Source: Minisyncoccota bacterium
GTDB lineage: Bacteria > Patescibacteriota > Minisyncoccia > Phycocordibacterales > CAIZLB01
Direction: 5' to 3'
Assembly: GCA_031973395.1 (NCBI GenBank)
Contig: DALYDD010000001.1
Span: 10,894 to 61,199 of the forward strand
Length of the DNA stretch: 50,306 nt
The position numbers and the translations under genes are program-made. Positions within the stretch are counted from its first letter, which is position 1, and the number at the start of each line of letters is the position of its first letter. The notes below the pieces were generated by a model, which did not search any database, was not told the origin of the DNA, and worked only from the letters and a program-made list of their open reading frames with translations. This document shows, one piece after another, positions 48,637-50,306 of the stretch.

Positions 48637-49728
48637 ATGGAGCCGAGAAAAATATTTACCCTAGATGCCAGAGATAATGTCCTGCTCGAAGTCATAAGTC
48701 ATGATGTTGATAAGACAGCTATCTACAAATTCATAAACAAAACCTTCGATGAGATGGTTTCCATACTAGAGCAGAAAGGTATTCAGTATGACGAATTGAA
48801 AAATGCCTTGATACCACATCGCGACAAAAGAGAAGTGGCTTTTACCTTTAATCGAGAAAGTATAGATTCAGGCTGGTATGGAAACGATGTCTTCACTCAA
48901 CTCATTCCGCTTTTAGACAAAAGAAGTTCTCATAGCATTTTGAATGGCGATATGTTGGGCTTTGACAAATATAAAGAAAATATAAAAGAAAAGTTTTTAA
49001 ATAATTTGATTATGGCACGAGATTTTGAATATAAAGTCCAACACCAATTCTATTTGGTGTATCTGAATAATCTCACAGATGAAATGGTGAAAAATATCAA
49101 CGATAGATTATTAAACTACACACCCTATGTCGGTTTTCTTGATCTGACACACAACTCTTTTATGAAAACGTATCTTTCTATGACGTTAGCCAATTGCTGT
49201 CTCAAGTTTAAGGATATGGTCATATTTGGCCATGAGCCAGACCGAGATAATACTGAGAACGTAAACATGTCAGGATATCGGTTTGAGGAAAATGACTATG
49301 TTTGCAAAAGCATTAGTGATGATTATTACGGATTATTTCTTTCGTACAAAATAGAACGGCAAACTTTCCCTAATGAAAAAGATACAGGCTTTTCCATAAA
49401 TGCACTTACTGACGATATTCATCAAGTGCCGGATCTCGATATTATCATAGAGGAACCTAAACTGCTCTACTTACTAAAAGAGAAAGAAGCGAATCTTAAG
49501 CGAGCCGAGCTACTCGGACTTACCACAGAAGAATTAGCCAAGTTCATAAAGAGTAAGATTGAGATGAACTATGTCTACAATCTCACATATCTACCAAAAC
49601 ACAATACCTTGAAGTTTAATGTGATGATTGATGTAAAAGGTAAAAAGATGGACACACAAGTCAAGATTGTGGCCTCTTTAGAGTATCAGCCCCAAAGTAG
49701 GCAGTTGAGGCTTATAACCCTGTTTTAA
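48637..49728 (+). CDS. orphan hypothetical protein (363 aa)
   Basis: Long AT-rich ORF with no TM segment and no motif recognised. Starts directly after block A3. Confidence 0.6.
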   Translation: MEPRKIFTLDARDNVLLEVISHDVDKTAIYKFINKTFDEMVSILEQKGIQYDELKNALIPHRDKREVAFTFNRESIDSGWYGNDVFTQLIPLLDKRSSHSILNGDMLGFDKYKENIKEKFLNNLIMARDFEYKVQHQFYLVYLNNLTDEMVKNINDRLLNYTPYVGFLDLTHNSFMKTYLSMTLANCCLKFKDMVIFGHEPDRDNTENVNMSGYRFEENDYVCKSISDDYYGLFLSYKIERQTFPNEKDTGFSINALTDDIHQVPDLDIIIEEPKLLYLLKEKEANLKRAELLGLTTEELAKFIKSKIEMNYVYNLTYLPKHNTLKFNVMIDVKGKKMDTQVKIVASLEYQPQSRQLRLITLF

Positions 49729-49863
49729 TTTTGTCGAGAGATGGATGTATGAGAAAGGCGGAAGAAATGCCGAGCCAGCAGGCGAGGCTCTGAGTCGAGG
49801 TCGCGCAAATTTCTGAGCGATGTCGAAGAAATTATGCTTGACCGAAAACCGAGGTTTCCGCCG
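49728..49863 (+). repeat. GC-rich structured element A2
   Basis: Near-identical to A1. Closing helix GGCGGAA (49757-49763) / TTCCGCC (49856-49862) is perfect. Confidence 0.7.
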
Positions 49864-50235
49864 GGAGGATATCTTTTCAAAAAACTAATTATATTGAGTT
49901 TTTAGCAATTTAAATTTGATGACTTTGCAATTTCCACAAACGCATTACAAATACACACTTTTATCATCTTTATTTTGAGCCCTTATTTAAATACGGGTAC
50001 TCAAAACTATTGACAACTTTCTGTAAGTGTTTTTAGAGATATTTGTATAACAGTTATCCACTAAAATATCATGTACTCGATGCTATGATAGACACGCCCG
50101 AAAGAGCTCTCTCGACGGCCCACATGCTCCGACTACACCACTAGTCCATTAAATAAGTTTGTAATAGAACCTATGCCATGGCTAATGATGCAAATCGTTG
50201 CTTGTGGTATAGGCTCTTATTTTTTAAGAGTGTAC

Positions 50236-50306
50236 GGCGGGTTGGCAGAGTAGTCGAATGCACCAAGCTTATACCTTGGAAGACTTTTACTGGGTCTCGC
50301 AGGTGC
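50236..50306 (+). tRNA. class-II tRNA-like gene, truncated by the window end; anticodon loop reads UAU
   Basis: GGCGGGT-TG-GCAGAGTAGTCGAATGC-A-CCAAG-CTTATAC-CTTGG, a long variable arm AAGACTTTTACTGGGTCTC, then GCAGG-TGC.. The body resembles the tRNA-Ser at 47091. Confidence 0.45.

Larger units (their letters stand above)
47185..49863 (+). mobile_element. putative integrated cassette island at the tRNA-Ser 3' end (no integrase seen)
   Basis: Copies of the tRNA-Ser 3' end recur at 47349-47358, about 48319-48328 and about 49853-49863. AT-rich ORFs alternate with GC-rich non-coding blocks. Confidence 0.3.

Noticed and set aside
47222-49863. Integron-style attC sites or a CRISPR array as explanation of the A repeats
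   Set aside because: There are no short, regularly spaced repeats, so it is not CRISPR. I found no R''/R' GTTRRRY-type core sites at the element borders and no intI-like gene in the window. The cassette-like logic is noted in the findings, but the integron label is not supported.

Overview
About 50 kb of a gene-dense bacterial chromosome at roughly 40 % G+C, read with the standard genetic code. The content suggests a small-genome Patescibacteria/CPR-like organism, which is an inference. It rests on a secretin-less type IV pilus (T4P) cluster with ComFC next to it, GatCA, cut-down glycolytic enzymes and many short membrane-anchored orphan proteins. Housekeeping genes: lepA, murF, mpl, a serine hydrolase, a MarR plus MacAB-like efflux operon, typA, an OmpR/HisKA pair, gpmA, a minimal pyk, gatCA and ligA. 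A 13-kb minus-strand block (32.1-44.7 kb) encodes pilM-N-O, pilB, a CheY-like receiver, pilT, pilC, two major pilins, pilD and four or five minor pilins. Five tRNA genes are present, and three of them have atypical loops. The accessory signals I consider most interesting are four. (1) An AT-rich two-gene island lies between tRNA-Ser and a second class-II tRNA-like gene (47.2-50.2 kb). It carries a DUF4238-like protein and a 363-aa orphan, punctuated by three copies of a GC-rich structured element whose end copies the tRNA-Ser 3' end. (2) A roughly 95-nt extended hairpin occurs three times, each with a conserved 50-nt core and unrelated but perfectly complementary arms, and each sits exactly at the 3' end of a transcription unit. 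(3) Two tandem GC-rich cassettes share promoter, leader, signal-peptide start and 3' hairpin but encode unrelated secreted proteins. (4) Several single-gene GC-rich islets are scattered through the window. No CRISPR array, rRNA, transposase or integrase is visible.
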